A stretch of 64,000 bases of DNA from an uncultured Planctomycetales bacterium (GTDB taxonomy: Bacteria; Omnitrophota; Gorgyraeia; Gygaellales; Profunditerraquicolaceae): NCBI GenBank assembly GCA_964427405.1, contig CAYRUB010000003.1, forward strand, positions 946-64,945, given 5' to 3'. Position numbers and translations under genes: made by a program. The notes under the pieces were generated by a model. The model had not been told where the DNA came from. It worked only from the letters and a program-made list of their open reading frames with translations, and did not search any database. Shown here piece by piece: positions 28,751 through 38,346 of this stretch (positions are counted from its first letter, which is position 1; each line of letters begins with the position of its first letter).

Positions 28751-28758
28751 TTTATTAT

Positions 28759-29211
28759 TTATTCTTTAAGGCTCCTTAACCCCTGCATCGTAGCCTTGAT
28801 TACGTTAATCGGATTATTTGATTTTAAACATTTAGTAAGTATATCTTTTATCCCGGCAGCTTCGCAAATCGCGCGCACTGGCCCTGCAGCAATAACACCC
28901 GTACCTTCAGAGGCAGGCTTAAGCATAACACTTGCCGCACCAAATTTACCGACTATCTCATGGGGGATAGTTGCCCCTTCCATAGGAATCCTAAAAAGGC
29001 TCTTCTTGGCTTTAGTTAAAGATTTGCGAATAGCCTCGGCAACTTCATTGGCTTTATCCAGAGCAAAACCTACCCTGCCCTTGCTATCCCCTACAACCAC
29101 TAAGGCGCTAAAGTGCAATTTCTTACCACCCTTAGTTACTTTGGTAACCCGGTTTATACTAATCACCTTCTCGATTAAATCTGACTGCTGTGCAATATTT
29201 AATTCACGCAT
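28759..29211 (-). CDS. rpsE: 30S ribosomal protein S5
   Basis: [11 protein letters not shown] and [10 protein letters not shown] motifs. Confidence 0.98.
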   Translation of the reverse strand: MRELNIAQQSDLIEKVISINRVTKVTKGGKKLHFSALVVVGDSKGRVGFALDKANEVAEAIRKSLTKAKKSLFRIPMEGATIPHEIVGKFGAASVMLKPASEGTGVIAAGPVRAICEAAGIKDILTKCLKSNNPINVIKATMQGLRSLKE

Positions 29212-29214
29212 AAT

Positions 29215-29574
29215 TTAAAACTCCATTCCACCTTTTCTTAATGCCTCGGCAAAAGACTTAACTCTGCCATGGTAAAGATAACCCGCCCGATCAAAGATTA
29301 CTTTACTAATCCCCTTTTCTTTCGCTGTTTTAGCAAAAATTTCTCCAAAAAGCACAGATGATTTAAGGTTTCCCGCAGAGCGAAACTGCTGCTTTAACGC
29401 TTTATCTTTAGTGGAAAGGGAAAACAACACCTTGCTTGTCGTATCATCCAATACCTGAGCAGAGATATTCTTTAAAGAACGATGCACAACCAAACGGGGT
29501 TTCTCAGGCGTGCCTGACATTCTCATCTTGATTCTTTTGTGACGCTTTAACCTTAATTCTTCCTTTTTTCTCAT
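29215..29574 (-). CDS. rplR: 50S ribosomal protein L18
   Basis: PRLVVHRS and FDRAGYLYHGRV motifs. Confidence 0.97.
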   Translation of the reverse strand: MRKKEELRLKRHKRIKMRMSGTPEKPRLVVHRSLKNISAQVLDDTTSKVLFSLSTKDKALKQQFRSAGNLKSSVLFGEIFAKTAKEKGISKVIFDRAGYLYHGRVKSFAEALRKGGMEF

Positions 29575-29575
29575 T

Positions 29576-30121
29576 TTATTTTCCCGTGGCCTGCGCTTTT
29601 CCTATTTTCTTTTTGACATGTTCACCTAAATAACGGATACCCTTACCCTTATAAGGCTCAGGAGGATAAATCGCGCGGATCTCAGCGGCCATTTTTCCAA
29701 TCAGCTCCTTATCAGTACTTCTTATAATTAATTGCGTGGGCTTAGGTGTTTCAATTTTAATCCCCGCCGGAATTGTAATATTGACTGGATGAGAAAATCC
29801 CAAGGCCATGTTTAATTTATCCCCGGCCACCGCAGCTTTAAACCCTACCCCTTGAATCTCCAGCTCTTTGACATAACCTTCAGTAACCCCTTTAATCATA
29901 TTTATGATCAAGGCACGAAACAAGCCATGCATAGATCTATCTATCTTTGTATTAGATACCCGCTTAACATAAAGCTGGTTATCATTAATCTCCACGCTAA
30001 TACGGTCAGATAGTTTACGGCTAAGCTTGCCTTTTGGGCCCTCAACAAAAACTACTCCCTCTTTAACTTCGATCTTAACTTCTTTTGGTATTACTACCAG
30101 TTTTTTTCCAATTCTAGACAT
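29576..30121 (-). CDS. rplF: 50S ribosomal protein L6
   Basis: MSRIGK and PEPYKGKGIRY motifs. Confidence 0.98.
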   Translation of the reverse strand: MSRIGKKLVVIPKEVKIEVKEGVVFVEGPKGKLSRKLSDRISVEINDNQLYVKRVSNTKIDRSMHGLFRALIINMIKGVTEGYVKELEIQGVGFKAAVAGDKLNMALGFSHPVNITIPAGIKIETPKPTQLIIRSTDKELIGKMAAEIRAIYPPEPYKGKGIRYLGEHVKKKIGKAQATGK

Positions 30122-30134
30122 TTATTTTTTCCTT

Positions 30135-30176
30135 TACGCAGAAGCGTACACCGGCTGCTTCCTTTCGGGCCGGGTG
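30135..30176. repeat. Two-hairpin element family A, copy 3 (rpsH-rplF spacer)
   Basis: TACGC-agaa-GCGTA CAC-CGGCT-gcttcctttcg-GGCCG-g-GTG. Confidence 0.8.
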
Positions 30177-30195
30177 TTAGCCCACAAGAGGCTTA

Positions 30196-30591
30196 CTACC
30201 ATACATAACCGATAACTTCGCCGCCTACACCTTGCTCCCGGGCCTGCTTATCGGTAATTACGCCTTTAGATGTAGAAATAATTGCTAAACCCCTCCCGCG
30301 TAAAACTGAAGGGAGCTTCTTACCTGGCACATAAACCCTTAAACCAGGTTTAGAAATACGTTTAATATTACGAATAGCGGATTTGCCTGCGGTATACTTC
30401 AAATAAACCCTGACTATCCCCTGTTTCTTATCTTCAATCAACTTAAAATTATCAATATACTCATTATCCTTGAGAATGGCTATAATTGATTTTATATTGT
30501 TGGATGCCGGAAGATCCACAACATCTCTCTTAATAATTATACCATTGCGTATAATTGTAAAAACGTCTGCGATTAAATCTGTTCTTGACAT
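30196..30591 (-). CDS. rpsH: 30S ribosomal protein S8
   Basis: SKPGLRVY, STSKGV and GGEVI motifs. Confidence 0.98.
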   Translation of the reverse strand: MSRTDLIADVFTIIRNGIIIKRDVVDLPASNNIKSIIAILKDNEYIDNFKLIEDKKQGIVRVYLKYTAGKSAIRNIKRISKPGLRVYVPGKKLPSVLRGRGLAIISTSKGVITDKQAREQGVGGEVIGYVW

Positions 30592-30615
30592 TTAGCCCCC
30601 AATTTTTTATTTTAA

Positions 30616-30801
30616 TTACCAGCTGGCTTTTTTAACGCCGGGGATTAACCCCTGCCAAGCCAACTCCCTGAAACAGATGCGGCAAAGTTGAAACCTTCTT
30701 AAATAACCATTACTCCTGCCGCAAATCGAACAACGGTTGTATTTGCGGGTTGAAAATTTTGCCGGCCTTTTCCATCGAGCGATCTGAGAATTCTTTGCCA
30801 T
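30616..30801 (-). CDS. rpsN: 30S ribosomal protein S14, type Z (zinc)
   Basis: 61 aa, RCSICGR...CRICFRE...GVKKASW. Confidence 0.97.
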   Translation of the reverse strand: MAKNSQIARWKRPAKFSTRKYNRCSICGRSNGYLRRFQLCRICFRELAWQGLIPGVKKASW

Positions 30802-30807
30802 TATCTT

Positions 30808-31359
30808 TTATTCCTTATCCTTAAAGGGCATGCCAAAATATTTTAACAACGCCCTTGCCTGATCTTTGGTCTTGGCATTTTTAATTACAAAAGTAATATC
30901 CATACCCTGTGTACGGGTAATCCTATCATATTCAATTTCCGGAAAGATTATCTGCTCGCTTAGGCCCAAGGTATAATTATTACCCTTATCAAAAGAATCC
31001 CGGGAAACACCGCGGAAATCGCGGATACGCGGCAAAGAAATATTGAGCAGGCGATCCATAAATTCATACATCATGGCTTTTCTTAAAGTCACCTTTGCGC
31101 CAACCGCCTGGCCCTGCCTGACCTTAAAATTGGCAATAGCTTTCTTTGCCCGGCGGATAATCGGTTTCTGTCCGGTAATATTAGCCAACTCATCAGCGGC
31201 CTTCTCTAGCATTTTAACATCCTGGGTACCTTCACCGATCCCCATGTTCACCACAATTTTAACCACCACAGGAACAGCCATCTTATTCTTAAGCTTAAAA
31301 TCCTGCATTAATTTAGGAACAATTTCGTTGCGGTATCTTTCTAATAACCTGGGTATCAT
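30808..31359 (-). CDS. rplE: 50S ribosomal protein L5
   Basis: KIVVNMG, LPRIRDFRG and GMDIT motifs. Confidence 0.98.
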   Translation of the reverse strand: MIPRLLERYRNEIVPKLMQDFKLKNKMAVPVVVKIVVNMGIGEGTQDVKMLEKAADELANITGQKPIIRRAKKAIANFKVRQGQAVGAKVTLRKAMMYEFMDRLLNISLPRIRDFRGVSRDSFDKGNNYTLGLSEQIIFPEIEYDRITRTQGMDITFVIKNAKTKDQARALLKYFGMPFKDKE

Positions 31360-31360
31360 T

Positions 31361-31672
31361 TTATAGCGCCCCTTTACAGCTCTTGCAAAATCTTGATTTT
31401 GTACCGTCCTTTAATATCATTGCCCCCACACGGCTGGGTTTAGAGCAATGCTTACAGAAAATCATTAGATTAGAAACACTAAGCGGCATTTCAATCGAGA
31501 CTATCCCGCCCTTTTGATCCTGGCGGCTCTGGCGTTTATGCTTCTTGGCCAGATTTAAGCCTTCAACTAAAGCCCGCGCTCCATCTTCAATAACGTTGAT
31601 TACCTTGCCCTGTTTACCCTTATCCTTGCCCTTAGTTATCTGGACAATATCATTCTTCTTAATTTTTTGCAT
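31361..31672 (-). CDS. rplX: 50S ribosomal protein L24
   Basis: GKDKGKQG KOW motif; position in the spc cluster. Confidence 0.97.
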   Translation of the reverse strand: MQKIKKNDIVQITKGKDKGKQGKVINVIEDGARALVEGLNLAKKHKRQSRQDQKGGIVSIEMPLSVSNLMIFCKHCSKPSRVGAMILKDGTKSRFCKSCKGAL

Positions 31673-32040
31673 TAAATTACCTCTGGCGCTAAAGAAATTA
31701 TCTTATTAAAATTCTTACCCCTTAATTCGCGGGCAACCGGGCCGAATACGCGCGTACCCCTGGGGTTATCTTTTTCATCTATAATTACTATGGCGTTACG
31801 GTCAAAACGTAAGATTGAACCATCCGCCCTTCTTATATCATGTCTAGTGCGCACAATTACCGCTCTGGCTTTTTCCCCTTTTTTTACAGTCGCTCCGGGA
31901 ATAGATTCCTTAATATTGACGTTAATCACATCCCCGATCTCAGCGTTGAAGCTCCCCTTTTTACCCAAAGTAGCAATCATCGAAGCCCGTCGCGCTCCAG
32001 TATTATCTGCAACGTCTAAAATAGAACGTAACTGAATCAT
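31672..32040 (-). CDS. rplN: 50S ribosomal protein L14
   Basis: VADNTGA and [12 protein letters not shown] motifs. Confidence 0.98.
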   Translation of the reverse strand: MIQLRSILDVADNTGARRASMIATLGKKGSFNAEIGDVINVNIKESIPGATVKKGEKARAVIVRTRHDIRRADGSILRFDRNAIVIIDEKDNPRGTRVFGPVARELRGKNFNKIISLAPEVI

Positions 32041-32322
32041 TTATACGATCTCCTCAGGAACAACAGCCTCTATCTTCTGGAATTTCTTGATCACTTCCTT
32101 AACAATAAAACGTTTATCTTTTGACAAAGGGCGGGTTTCAACGATTCTTACAGTATCCCCAAGTTTAGCAATACCCTTTTCATCATGCGCCTTAAACTTA
32201 TTGTGCATCCTTATCGTCTTGGAATATTTTGCATGCCTGCTCAAATGCATGGTCTTTACTACTACCGTCTTCTGCATCTTATCGCTGACTACCACTCCGG
32301 TAAATTCTTTTTGCTTACCCAT
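32041..32322 (-). CDS. rpsQ: 30S ribosomal protein S17
   Basis: [14 protein letters not shown] and ETRPLSK motifs. Confidence 0.97.
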   Translation of the reverse strand: MGKQKEFTGVVVSDKMQKTVVVKTMHLSRHAKYSKTIRMHNKFKAHDEKGIAKLGDTVRIVETRPLSKDKRFIVKEVIKKFQKIEAVVPEEIV

Positions 32323-32323
32323 C

Positions 32324-32515
32324 TTATTTATCTTTCTTCTCGTTTAAGATTGTCCTGATGCGCGCGATATCCTGCTTAATCAGTCCAAACTTGTGTGGTT
32401 TCTCCACGCTGCCCGTATAGCGCTGTATATTCAGTTTAGAGAGTTCATCATACAAAGCTTTTTCTTTCAGCAGTAACTCACCTTCCGATAAATTTCTCAA
32501 CTCTTCTGCTTTCAT
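32324..32515 (-). CDS. rpmC: 50S ribosomal protein L29
   Basis: MKAEELR...DIARIRTIL; position between rplP and rpsQ. Confidence 0.95.
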   Translation of the reverse strand: MKAEELRNLSEGELLLKEKALYDELSKLNIQRYTGSVEKPHKFGLIKQDIARIRTILNEKKDK

Positions 32516-32516
32516 A

Positions 32517-32933
32517 TTATTTATGCACCCTGGTTACAAATTTAGTACGCAGCGGCATCTTATAAGCTGCCAGACGGAAACAGGCCTTGGCATACTCCTC
32601 AGGAACTCCACCTAATTCAAAAAGTATGCGCCCTCTCTTTACCACACAGACCCAATGATCAAGATCGCCTTTTCCTTTACCCATACGCACTTCTGCCGGT
32701 TTCTTGGTGATGGATTTATCCGGAAAGATCCTGATCCATAATTTCCCGCCTTTATGCAGTTGGCGCGCCAAGATAACGCGTACTGCTTCGATCTGCGTAT
32801 TCTTGATCCACCCATTATCCAATGACTTTAAACCGAATTCACCAAAAGACAAAGTCGCTCCGCAAGTGGCTATTCCGCGCCTTTGACCTTTTTGTAATTT
32901 ACGATATTTGACCCTTTTGGGCATTAAAACCAT
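32517..32933 (-). CDS. rplP: 50S ribosomal protein L16
   Basis: PKRVKYRK and WIRIFPDK...RMGKGKG motifs. Confidence 0.98.
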   Translation of the reverse strand: MVLMPKRVKYRKLQKGQRRGIATCGATLSFGEFGLKSLDNGWIKNTQIEAVRVILARQLHKGGKLWIRIFPDKSITKKPAEVRMGKGKGDLDHWVCVVKRGRILFELGGVPEEYAKACFRLAAYKMPLRTKFVTRVHK

Positions 32934-32956
32934 TTCTCACTGCTCCTAACTAAGTA

Positions 32957-33661
32957 TTACCGTTGAGGCCTAAACTGTTCTTTTGACTGCTGTTGTTGGC
33001 CCGCAGTCTTTGTTTCTTCCTGTATAAATTGTTTTCCCAGGACATCCCCTTTATAAATCCAAACCTTAACTCCAATTAAACCATATGTAGTAAGGGCTTC
33101 TGCAAAACCATAATCAATATCCGCGCGTAAAGTCTGTAAAGGAACCGAACCAATTTTATAGGTTTCCCTGCGTCCCATTTCCGCGCCATTAAGCCGCCCG
33201 GCACAACTTACCCTTATCCCTTTTACTCCTGAGGCAATAGACTGTTCCATGGCCCTTTTTACGGCGCGCCTGAATGCAATTCTCTTCTCCTGTTGTAAAG
33301 CGATATTCTCCGCTACTAACTGCGCATCCCAGGCGGGATTATTTATCTCATGTATATCTATAGAAAGCTCATTTTTTACCAAGCTATTCAAGTCTGAACG
33401 CAAGCGCTCGATATCCGAACCATGCCTGCCGATAATAATGCCCGGCCGAGCGGAAAAAATACGGATTTTAATTTTCTCTGCCAACCTCTCAATAACAATC
33501 TTTGAAATCGCAGCCTGCTTAAATTTGCTTTTAATAAACTTTCTGATCTTGTAATCCTGCTGAATAAACAGCGGGAAATCTTTAGCTTTAGCAAACCAGC
33601 GTGAATGCCACTGTCTTATAAAACCAATCCTTAATATCAAAGGACTTACTTTATGTCCCAT
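32957..33661 (-). CDS. rpsC: 30S ribosomal protein S3
   Basis: MGHKV, RPGIIIG and PLQTLRADIDY motifs. Confidence 0.98.
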   Translation of the reverse strand: MGHKVSPLILRIGFIRQWHSRWFAKAKDFPLFIQQDYKIRKFIKSKFKQAAISKIVIERLAEKIKIRIFSARPGIIIGRHGSDIERLRSDLNSLVKNELSIDIHEINNPAWDAQLVAENIALQQEKRIAFRRAVKRAMEQSIASGVKGIRVSCAGRLNGAEMGRRETYKIGSVPLQTLRADIDYGFAEALTTYGLIGVKVWIYKGDVLGKQFIQEETKTAGQQQQSKEQFRPQR

Positions 33662-33674
33662 AAATTATTCTCCT

Positions 33675-33747
33675 TGCCCAAAAGGGCACACCCGCGCAAT
33701 TTTCGCCACCTGGCGAACACTGGCCCAATTCCTGTCTGGGCCAAGTG
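33675..33747. repeat. Two-hairpin element family A: partial copy (33675-33701) plus full copy 4 (33702-33747), rplV-rpsC spacer
   Basis: TGCCC-aaaa-GGGCA CAC-CCGCGC-aatt | TTCGCC-acct-GGCGAA CAC-TGGCCC-aattcctgtct-GGGCCA-a-GTG. Confidence 0.8.
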
Positions 33748-33754
33748 CCTTTTG

Positions 33755-34099
33755 CTAATGCGGAATACTATCTTTCAAATCCAATTCGATCTTTATATGT
33801 GCGGTGCGCTTAACTATTGATGCCGCCCGGCCAAAAGCAGCAGCCTTAAACCTTTTCCACATCGGCCCGGGGTTACAAACAATTTTAGAAACATATAATT
33901 TATCCGCCGTAAAACCTTTAACCTTGGCGTTAGCAATCGCGGATTTTAATATTTTTATCAGGTATTCTTTGGCCCTTTTATTTAAATGCAGCAAAATACC
34001 CTGCGCCTCAATGGCGTCTTTGCCGCGGATAAGATCCATGACCAGGCGGACCTTACTGGGTGAAACCCGTAGAAATTTTCCTTCAGCTTTTGAAATCAT
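33755..34099 (-). CDS. rplV: 50S ribosomal protein L22
   Basis: RVSPSKVRLV and KSAIANA motifs; start reassigned to ATG 34099 (MISKAEG). Confidence 0.96.
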   Translation of the reverse strand: MISKAEGKFLRVSPSKVRLVMDLIRGKDAIEAQGILLHLNKRAKEYLIKILKSAIANAKVKGFTADKLYVSKIVCNPGPMWKRFKAAAFGRAASIVKRTAHIKIELDLKDSIPH

Positions 34100-34100
34100 C

Positions 34101-34388
34101 TTATGTCTTCTCCAACGCTTTCTTAGCTTTAATACCGCCATGCTTTCTGAAAATCCTTGAGGGAGAAAATTCGCCCAACTTATGCCCTACCATATTCTCG
34201 GTAACAAACACCGGATTATGCCTTCTACCGTCATAAACCGCAAAAGTCAGGCCCACAAAATCAGGAATTATGGTTGAACGGCGGCTCCAGGTTTTAATTG
34301 CCTGGCGCTCTCCGCTCTTGGTATGCTTTTCGACCTTTTTTAATAAACTCTCCTCAACATACGGACCTTTTTTTAATGAGCGCGGCAT
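34101..34388 (-). CDS. rpsS: 30S ribosomal protein S19
   Basis: MPRSLKKGP and MVGHKLGEF motifs. Confidence 0.98.
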   Translation of the reverse strand: MPRSLKKGPYVEESLLKKVEKHTKSGERQAIKTWSRRSTIIPDFVGLTFAVYDGRRHNPVFVTENMVGHKLGEFSPSRIFRKHGGIKAKKALEKT

Positions 34389-34390
34389 AA

Positions 34391-35227
34391 TTATGGTTTC
34401 CTTCTCTTTATGATAAATTTGTTAGAATACTTATTACGATTTCTAGTCCTGTAACCTTTAGTAGGCTTACCCCAGGGAGTAACCGGATGAGGATTACCCT
34501 GGCCGGATTTACCTTCGCCTCCGCCGTGAGGATGGTCAACAGGATTCATTACCACACCTCTTACAGAAGGCCTAATGCCTAACCAGCGACTTTTTCCAGC
34601 TTTACCTAAAATCAACGATTCATGCTCTATGTTTCCAATTTGGCCAATAGTAGCGTGACAATCCAAACTCACTAATCTTACTTCCCCGGAAGGTAACCTT
34701 ATATGGGCAAAGTCGCCTTCTTTTGCCATAATCTGAGCACTAGTGCCAGCCCCACGCACAATCTGGCCACCCTTACCTTTAAATAATTCAATATTATGAA
34801 TCAGTGTACCGGAAGGAATATTACGTATGAGAAGGCAATTACCTACCTTAATCTCCATATCTTTCTGGTTGCTGGATACAATCATATCTTCAACATTAAG
34901 GCCAACCGGGGCGATAATATAACGCTTTTCTTTATCCGGATATTCAACCAAAGCGATTCTGGCTGAACGGTTAGGATCATATTCAATGCCCAGAACTTTT
35001 GCCGGCTGATCATAAATATCCCGCTTAAAATCAACGATACGCAACATCCTTTTATGCCCGCCACCAATATGCCTGGTAGTTATACGGCCATAAGAATTTC
35101 TTCCGCCGGTTTTCTTAAGCGGCATCAACAATGAACGCTCAGGTTTATGCTTAGTAATCTCGGCAAAATCCGGACCACTCATATGCCTGCGGCTTGGTGT
35201 AGTTGGTTTAAATTTAATAATACCCAT
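34391..35227 (-). CDS. rplB: 50S ribosomal protein L2
   Basis: EYDPNRSA and [13 protein letters not shown] motifs. Confidence 0.98.
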   Translation of the reverse strand: MGIIKFKPTTPSRRHMSGPDFAEITKHKPERSLLMPLKKTGGRNSYGRITTRHIGGGHKRMLRIVDFKRDIYDQPAKVLGIEYDPNRSARIALVEYPDKEKRYIIAPVGLNVEDMIVSSNQKDMEIKVGNCLLIRNIPSGTLIHNIELFKGKGGQIVRGAGTSAQIMAKEGDFAHIRLPSGEVRLVSLDCHATIGQIGNIEHESLILGKAGKSRWLGIRPSVRGVVMNPVDHPHGGGEGKSGQGNPHPVTPWGKPTKGYRTRNRNKYSNKFIIKRRKP

Positions 35228-35228
35228 A

Positions 35229-35507
35229 TTATGAAACCTCTATCTTCTGTCCGGCCGCTAAAGTAACTACGGCCTTCTTGGTGTCTGACGTACGGCCCAA
35301 CTGGTGCCTGACCCTTTTAAGCTTGCCTGCTGAAACAAAAGTATTTACATCTTTTACCTTCACCTTATAAGCCTGCTCTACAGCTTTCTTAATCTGGATC
35401 TTATTGGCGGAATTAACTACCAGAAAAAGATACTTGCCGGCTGGCTGATAAGTGCTGGATTTCTCCGTCTGTAAAAGAGCCTTAATTATTATCTCGCCAT
35501 TGCTCAT
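35229..35507 (-). CDS. rplW: 50S ribosomal protein L23
   Basis: [15 protein letters not shown] and KKAVVTL motifs. Confidence 0.96.
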   Translation of the reverse strand: MSNGEIIIKALLQTEKSSTYQPAGKYLFLVVNSANKIQIKKAVEQAYKVKVKDVNTFVSAGKLKRVRHQLGRTSDTKKAVVTLAAGQKIEVS

Positions 35508-36151
35508 TACTTCAACCTCTCAGTCAATTCATTTAAGCCGGCTTTGGTAATAAGCAGTTTCTGGTTATTCATTACCTCGTAAGCGTGGCAATCTTTAGCT
35601 AAATCTACGGTTAAAAAACTAATATTCTTCAAGGCCTTCTTTAAATCAGCGTCTAATTTATGGGTTAAAAATAAGACCTTCTTTTCTTTCTTAATTTTGG
35701 CGGAAAACAATTTAAGATTAGTTAATATCTTTACCGCCAGTTTAGTCTTAGGCGCCTCAACCTTAAACTCATCTAAAACTAAAAAATTATTTTCTTTTAA
35801 CCTGGTATTTAAACTAGTCTTTAAAGCCAGTGCCTTGATCTTCTGGGGAATCTCGTAAGAAAAATCGCGGGGATGCGGGCCAAAAGTTACTCCACCGTGC
35901 CTCCAAAGAGGAGAACGCGTAGATCCTACACGCGCCCGGCCAGTACCTTTTTGTTTCCATGGTTTCTTACCACCGCCGGAAACTTCTCCACGGGTCTTAG
36001 TCGCAGCTAAACCTTTTCTCTGATTAGCCTGGTAACCCAAAATTGCCTGATGAAGACAGTCTAAATTTTGGCTGCCGTCAAAGACTTCAGCATTAAGCTT
36101 TATTGTATCAACTTCTTTGCCTTCACTATCATATACAGGTAAAGTAAACAT
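35507..36151 (-). CDS. rplD: 50S ribosomal protein L4
   Basis: KTRGEVSGGGKKPWKQKGTGRAR motif. Confidence 0.98.
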   Translation of the reverse strand: MFTLPVYDSEGKEVDTIKLNAEVFDGSQNLDCLHQAILGYQANQRKGLAATKTRGEVSGGGKKPWKQKGTGRARVGSTRSPLWRHGGVTFGPHPRDFSYEIPQKIKALALKTSLNTRLKENNFLVLDEFKVEAPKTKLAVKILTNLKLFSAKIKKEKKVLFLTHKLDADLKKALKNISFLTVDLAKDCHAYEVMNNQKLLITKAGLNELTERLK

Positions 36152-36152
36152 A

Positions 36153-36788
36153 TTATTTCTTAAGCACTGCTTTCTTAAAAGCCTTTTTCTTGGCCTTAGT
36201 AATTACCAAATAACCATTCTTAAACCCGGGAACTCCCCCTTCAACCAAAAGAATGTTATTTGCTAAATCCACCTTGATGACTTTAAGGTTTTGAATTGTA
36301 GCCTTGGCAGCTCCCATATGACCGGGCATATGATGCCCAAGAAATACTCGTCCGGGAGTGGTGCTTGATCCTATGGAACCCACTCTGCGATGCGAAGTTG
36401 AACCATGAGTTCTCGGCCCACCTTGCCAATGCCAACGTTTCATTCCACCTTGAAAACCTTTACCAATAGAGATCCCGCTAACATCTACAAAATCTCCTTC
36501 GGCAAAAAGATCAACCTTAAGCTCATCTCCAACCTTATATTCAACATTCGCCTCTTTTGTAAGATCCTTAATTACCTTACGCGGAGAAATATTTAATTTC
36601 TTAAAAAATCCTGCCTGGGGTTTTTTCAGGCTCTTTTCAGGCACTGCGTCAAAACCCAGCTGGATATTCTTGTCCATAACCATTAAAACAGGACAAGGCC
36701 CTGCCTGTATGGCTGTAACCCCCACCTGGCTGTTATCCGCCGTAAAAACCTGCGTCATTCCAATTTTTTTACCAATCAAACCAATCAT
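36153..36788 (-). CDS. rplC: 50S ribosomal protein L3
   Basis: [14 protein letters not shown] and HRRVGSIG motifs. Confidence 0.98.
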   Translation of the reverse strand: MIGLIGKKIGMTQVFTADNSQVGVTAIQAGPCPVLMVMDKNIQLGFDAVPEKSLKKPQAGFFKKLNISPRKVIKDLTKEANVEYKVGDELKVDLFAEGDFVDVSGISIGKGFQGGMKRWHWQGGPRTHGSTSHRRVGSIGSSTTPGRVFLGHHMPGHMGAAKATIQNLKVIKVDLANNILLVEGGVPGFKNGYLVITKAKKKAFKKAVLKK

Positions 36789-36813
36789 TTCTTTTTTATC
36801 CGTTTTTGATTTA

Positions 36814-37119
36814 CTACTTGATCTCTACATCCACACCTGCGGGCAAGTTTAACTTCCTTAATGAATCGATGGTCTTAGCTGTGGGTTCAAAGATGTCAAT
36901 AAGGCGCTTATGGGTAGATAAATCAAACTGTTCACGCGATTTCTTGTCAACATGCGGAGAACGCAGTACCGTATAAATTTCCCTTTTTGTGGGAAGCGGC
37001 ACGGGACCGGAAATCTTGGCCCCGGTGCGCTTAACAGTATCTACGATCTCAATTACTGCCTGATCCAAAAGCCGGTGATCATAGGCTTTTAATTTAATAC
37101 GAATCTTTTGAGTATTCAT
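36814..37119 (-). CDS. rpsJ: 30S ribosomal protein S10
   Basis: [17 protein letters not shown] and [12 protein letters not shown] motifs; start reassigned to ATG 37119. Confidence 0.97.
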   Translation of the reverse strand: MNTQKIRIKLKAYDHRLLDQAVIEIVDTVKRTGAKISGPVPLPTKREIYTVLRSPHVDKKSREQFDLSTHKRLIDIFEPTAKTIDSLRKLNLPAGVDVEIK

Positions 37120-37123
37120 TGAC

Positions 37124-38326
37124 TTATGCAACAATCTCCGTAACTACGCCTGCACCCACGGTATGGCCACCTTCGCGGATAGCAAAACGTGATTCTTTCT
37201 CCATGGCAATCGGAGTGATCAATTCTACTTCCAGGACTACATTATCGCCGGGCATAACCATTTCTATCCCCGCTGGGAGTGTAGCTGAACCCGTAACATC
37301 AGTAGTACGAAAATAGAACTGCGGACGATAACCTTTAAAAAATGGGGTATGCCTTCCACCTTCTTCTTTAGTCAAGATATAAACCTGAGCCTTGAATTTT
37401 GTATGCGGTAGAATGGATTTAGGAGCAGCAATGACCATTCCGCGCTCAATATCATTCTTTTCCACACCTCTTAAAAGCAGTCCGACATTATCCCCGGCAT
37501 GGCCTTCATCCAGTAACTTACGGAACATCTCTATTCCGGTAACTACTGACTTCTTAGCTTCAGGCCTAAGGCCGATAATCTCAACTTCTTCCCCCACCTT
37601 TACCTTGCCACGCTCAATTCTTCCTGTTCCTACAGTACCTCTACCTTCAATGCTAAAAACATCTTCCACTGCCATAAGTAAAGGTTTGTCTAATTCTCTC
37701 GGAGGAAGCGGAATAAACTCATCAACTGCTTTCATTAAATCTAAAATCGGTTTAGCATCCGGGCCATTAGGATCAGTTGCAGCATAAGCCTTATTTGCGC
37801 TACCGCGGATAATCGGGGTTTTGTCTCCAGGATACCCGTATTTAGTCAAAAGCTCCCTGATCTCCATTTCCACCAGATCCAAAAGCTCTTTATCATCTAC
37901 CAAATCGACCTTATTCATGAACACAACCATGGATGGCACATTAACCTGACGCGCCAAAAGAATATGCTCTCTAGTCTGAGGCATAGGGCCGTCAGCTGCT
38001 GAAACTACCAGAATTGCCCCGTCCATCTGGGCTGCGCCGGTAATCATATTCTTAATGTAATCTGCATGGCCCGGACAATCAATATGTGCATAATGGCGGG
38101 CATCTGTTTCGTATTCAACATGGGCAACTGAAATAGTAACTACCTTTGTATCATCTCTGACTGTTCCGCCCTTGGCAATATCCGCATAGTCCCTATGCGC
38201 GGCTTTACCAAGTTTTGATAAAACGTTACAAATGGCAGCAGTGAGTGTAGTCTTACCATGATCAATATGACCAATGGTCCCAATATTTACATGTGGTTTA
38301 CTTCTTACAAATTTCTCTTTAGCCAT
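37124..38326 (-). CDS. tuf: Elongation factor Tu
   Basis: [21 protein letters not shown] and [12 protein letters not shown] motifs. Confidence 0.98.
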   Translation of the reverse strand: MAKEKFVRSKPHVNIGTIGHIDHGKTTLTAAICNVLSKLGKAAHRDYADIAKGGTVRDDTKVVTISVAHVEYETDARHYAHIDCPGHADYIKNMITGAAQMDGAILVVSAADGPMPQTREHILLARQVNVPSMVVFMNKVDLVDDKELLDLVEMEIRELLTKYGYPGDKTPIIRGSANKAYAATDPNGPDAKPILDLMKAVDEFIPLPPRELDKPLLMAVEDVFSIEGRGTVGTGRIERGKVKVGEEVEIIGLRPEAKKSVVTGIEMFRKLLDEGHAGDNVGLLLRGVEKNDIERGMVIAAPKSILPHTKFKAQVYILTKEEGGRHTPFFKGYRPQFYFRTTDVTGSATLPAGIEMVMPGDNVVLEVELITPIAMEKESRFAIREGGHTVGAGVVTEIVA

Positions 38327-38346
38327 TTCTTAGCCCTCCTATTTTT

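Noticed and set aside
9139-33747. Family-A copies as a CRISPR array or as terminators
   Set aside because: The copies are kilobases apart, not identical, have no spacers and no cas genes. They lack a U-tract on the coding strand and sit inside operons.
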